A DNA stretch of 64,000 nt. It comes from Phoronis australis. Lineage: Eukaryota; Animalia; Phoronida. A program made the position numbers and the translations under genes. This document shows, one piece after another, positions 61,810 through 64,000 of the stretch (position 1 is its first letter; every line of letters starts with the position of its first letter). The notes beneath the pieces are model-generated. The model was not told the DNA's origin. It saw only the letters and a list, made by a program, of their open reading frames with translations, and did not search any database. The DNA lies in assembly GCA_002633005.1 (NCBI GenBank), contig NMRA01000620.1:124001-188000 (forward strand), in the 5' to 3' direction.

Positions 61810-62840
61810 GATTTTTAGTTATTTTAGTTGAAGTTGGTGAAAGGCATCGAACACAGCTCGTACAAGCAGACTACGCCTTCAGGTTTGTTGGACCCTTAGT
61901 TGGCACATTGATTGTGCGGCCATTCCAGTCAAAAGAAATAGGCGGAACCCAGTCGTGGAATGAGACGTCTATGTCTTATTTTCCCAACGATAACTCGACT
62001 TCTCTATGTACGCTTAACTGTAGTCTATCAGGTTCACGTCACTGGACTGAGTCTCATATTCTTTACGGATACGTAATACTTGGCTGTGCGTGTTTTATAC
62101 CAGCTCTCTGTTTTTTCACTATATATTTCACGAAACCACCCAAAGATGAGGACACTGCCACAGGAAAATCAAAAGCACAAGAGTCAAGACCATTAAAACA
62201 AGTATTCCATAATCGAAAAATTATCGCAATGGCTGTTTTAATGTTTTCGGTAGGCTTATGTTTTAATGCATCTCAGAAAGCGTACTTAGATCTTTTCACT
62301 ACGTTTTGCATTGAGTCCAAGGCAGACGTCACAAAGTCAGAAGCAGTCCTTATGATGTCAGTTTGCTATGGCGCGTTTACTTTCGGATGTATTATTGCTC
62401 TTTGGTTTTCTAAATTGATCGATCCATTTGTAATTATTTTTGTCAACGTTACGGTCTTGGCAGTTGTATTTCTGGTGCTGTGTTTTGCCGCCGAACGAAG
62501 CACGTTTCTTCTGTGGTTTTCATCCGTGTGCATTGGTCTTTGCTGTTGCCCCGTGCTTGCTTCCTCAATCAGTTTTTCTCTAGCGTGCATAGCGGATGAC
62601 TCAGTCATGGTGAACATTTGTGTAGCAGGCCAGATAGCGGGAACCATGGTATTGCCACCGACAATACCGCTCACGTTTGGTACAATCGGACCTATGGCAC
62701 TGATGTACTTTTGTTTTGGCGGCATGTTTATTGCGGTATTGCTCTTATTCCCGCTGTATCTTTTGATGAAATATTCAGCACAGGTCAAGGAATCAATGGA
62801 CGAAGAAATGGTCACAATCTTGGACAGAAGTAAATATTGA
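61810..62840 (+). CDS. MFSD4-like (sodium-dependent glucose transporter 1 family) MFS transporter, last exon
   Basis: Acceptor TTTTGCAG is phase-compatible with the 59767 donor. Reads QLVQADYAFRFVGPLVGTLIVRPF, an N-glycosylation-site loop, and further TM helices including SVCYGAFTFG and GQIAGTMVLP. Stop TGA at 62838-62840. The two exons give 437 aa. Confidence 0.88.
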
Positions 62841-63816
62841 AGAGTCAAGTAACGGGTTAAATTTTGGTGTTTGTGTCCACAAAAGTGATTATACGAGCTT
62901 TCCAATACAACATCTTGAACAAAACTTTATTTCATTAACTCGTTATCTATATTTCGCCCTGTTTAGCTGGGAAAAGAATGAACGTCGACATAAAGTGATG
63001 GTATTCCGTTTCCTTTTCTACAGGCATCTCAGAGAATGCATATTTGCGCCATTTTCGAAAACGAAATTTTATGTTTAGCCAATCCCTACAGTATAAACTC
63101 TGTCGTATTTTCTTGTGGTAACGCAAAGTGAATCGTATCTTTATAAGAAATATCATGAGTGCGATTGATGAGAATAAAAGAGCAAATCAGATTTTCGTAC
63201 TTAGCCTACTACTGTGCAAAAGTTAGATTTAACATTTTTACACTTTTATATTTTAATTCATTATTTTACTCTTTTTATTTGGTCAATCAATATCATTCAC
63301 AAAAACGCACAGGCAGTAATTTTCTCACCGCAAGTCAACGCCGGAAATAATTGCTCCTCCGCCATTGGTTACTTGGCGCCTCCGACACATCTCAACCATA
63401 GCTGGCAGCACTGAAATAATCCTGGGGGCTAAATCCCCCAGCCCCCTATGGTGCGCCGCCCATAAAGATTATTGTTCAAAAGGGGTAAAATACATAAACG
63501 ACCGTCCCATACCTGACACTGAATAATAACAACAAACGGACAAAATCGGCGACAATGAAGCATGAATCACGATGAAATGTCCAATATTCAACTGAGAATT
63601 ACACTGATTTTATGTCAGACAATACTTCAACAGTTGTTCGGAGCTTTTTTATAAAAGTCTTCAATTTTCTTAAGTGAATGTGCTTTTCTTTTGCTTTTAT
63701 TTTCGTGAAAATCTGCGAGACCAATTATCGTCGACCTCTTTGTTCCACCACGTGACGGCAGTTAAGTCTTTACGGAAAGTCACTCAGCGACGTATTAAGA
63801 TTATGAACTATGCCAC

Positions 63817-63912
63817 AGGTCGTGGGTCGACGGGGTCGTGGGTTGTCGGCCGAGAGGGTTGTACATGTACGTCGAGCGGGTCGTGGGTCGAGGGGTGTGG
63901 GGGTCGAGGGGG
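63817..63912. repeat. Short G-rich GGGTCG-motif repeat
   Basis: GGTCGTGGGTCGACGGGGTCGTGGG...GGGTCGTGGGTCGAGGGG..GGGTCGAGGGGG. Confidence 0.5.
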
Positions 63913-64000
63913 TTTTAGAACAATCCTGATCACAGTCATAATTAAGTCGGTTCAGCATTTTTGATGACAGCATTGGAGAACACTGCACGTTGCAAAAAGC

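Noticed and set aside
59457-62905. Minus-strand ORFs 59457-59846 and 62366-62905
   Set aside because: Antisense shadows of hydrophobic MFS exons.

Overview
AT-rich eukaryotic DNA, probably from a draft assembly of an invertebrate animal; the organism cannot be named from sequence alone. It has GT-AG introns, dense transposon debris and no prokaryotic operon or CRISPR structure. Two host-type genes are supportable. One is an MFSD4-like MFS transporter (+, exons 59485-59767 and 61810-62840; first exon not located). The other is an intronless LRR-LRRCT-Ig-TM receptor ORF (-, 14832-15818) whose N-terminus is replaced by a ~192-bp tandem repeat. The rest is largely mobile elements: an AcademX-like element with TAG..CTA ends, ACA TSD and a spliced XPG-like remnant (2160-5864); a CR1/L2-group LINE (~16410-19134); Tx1/L1 and Hero LINE fragments; a pogo-like TIR family carrying a HIRAN-like gene (two copies); a 5.4-kb TA-flanked Tc1-like element with CpG-rich subterminal repeats and a nested solo LTR; and ISL2EU-like THAP/YqaJ elements. 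These form a multi-level nest at ~35.8-46.6 kb. Eight single-N junctions with flanking near-duplicates look like uncollapsed haplotype overlaps, and one seems to show both filled and empty alleles of an insertion. I found no convincing wholly new system; the best leads are unusual transposon cargo and architecture. All family calls come from motif recognition by eye, not database searches.
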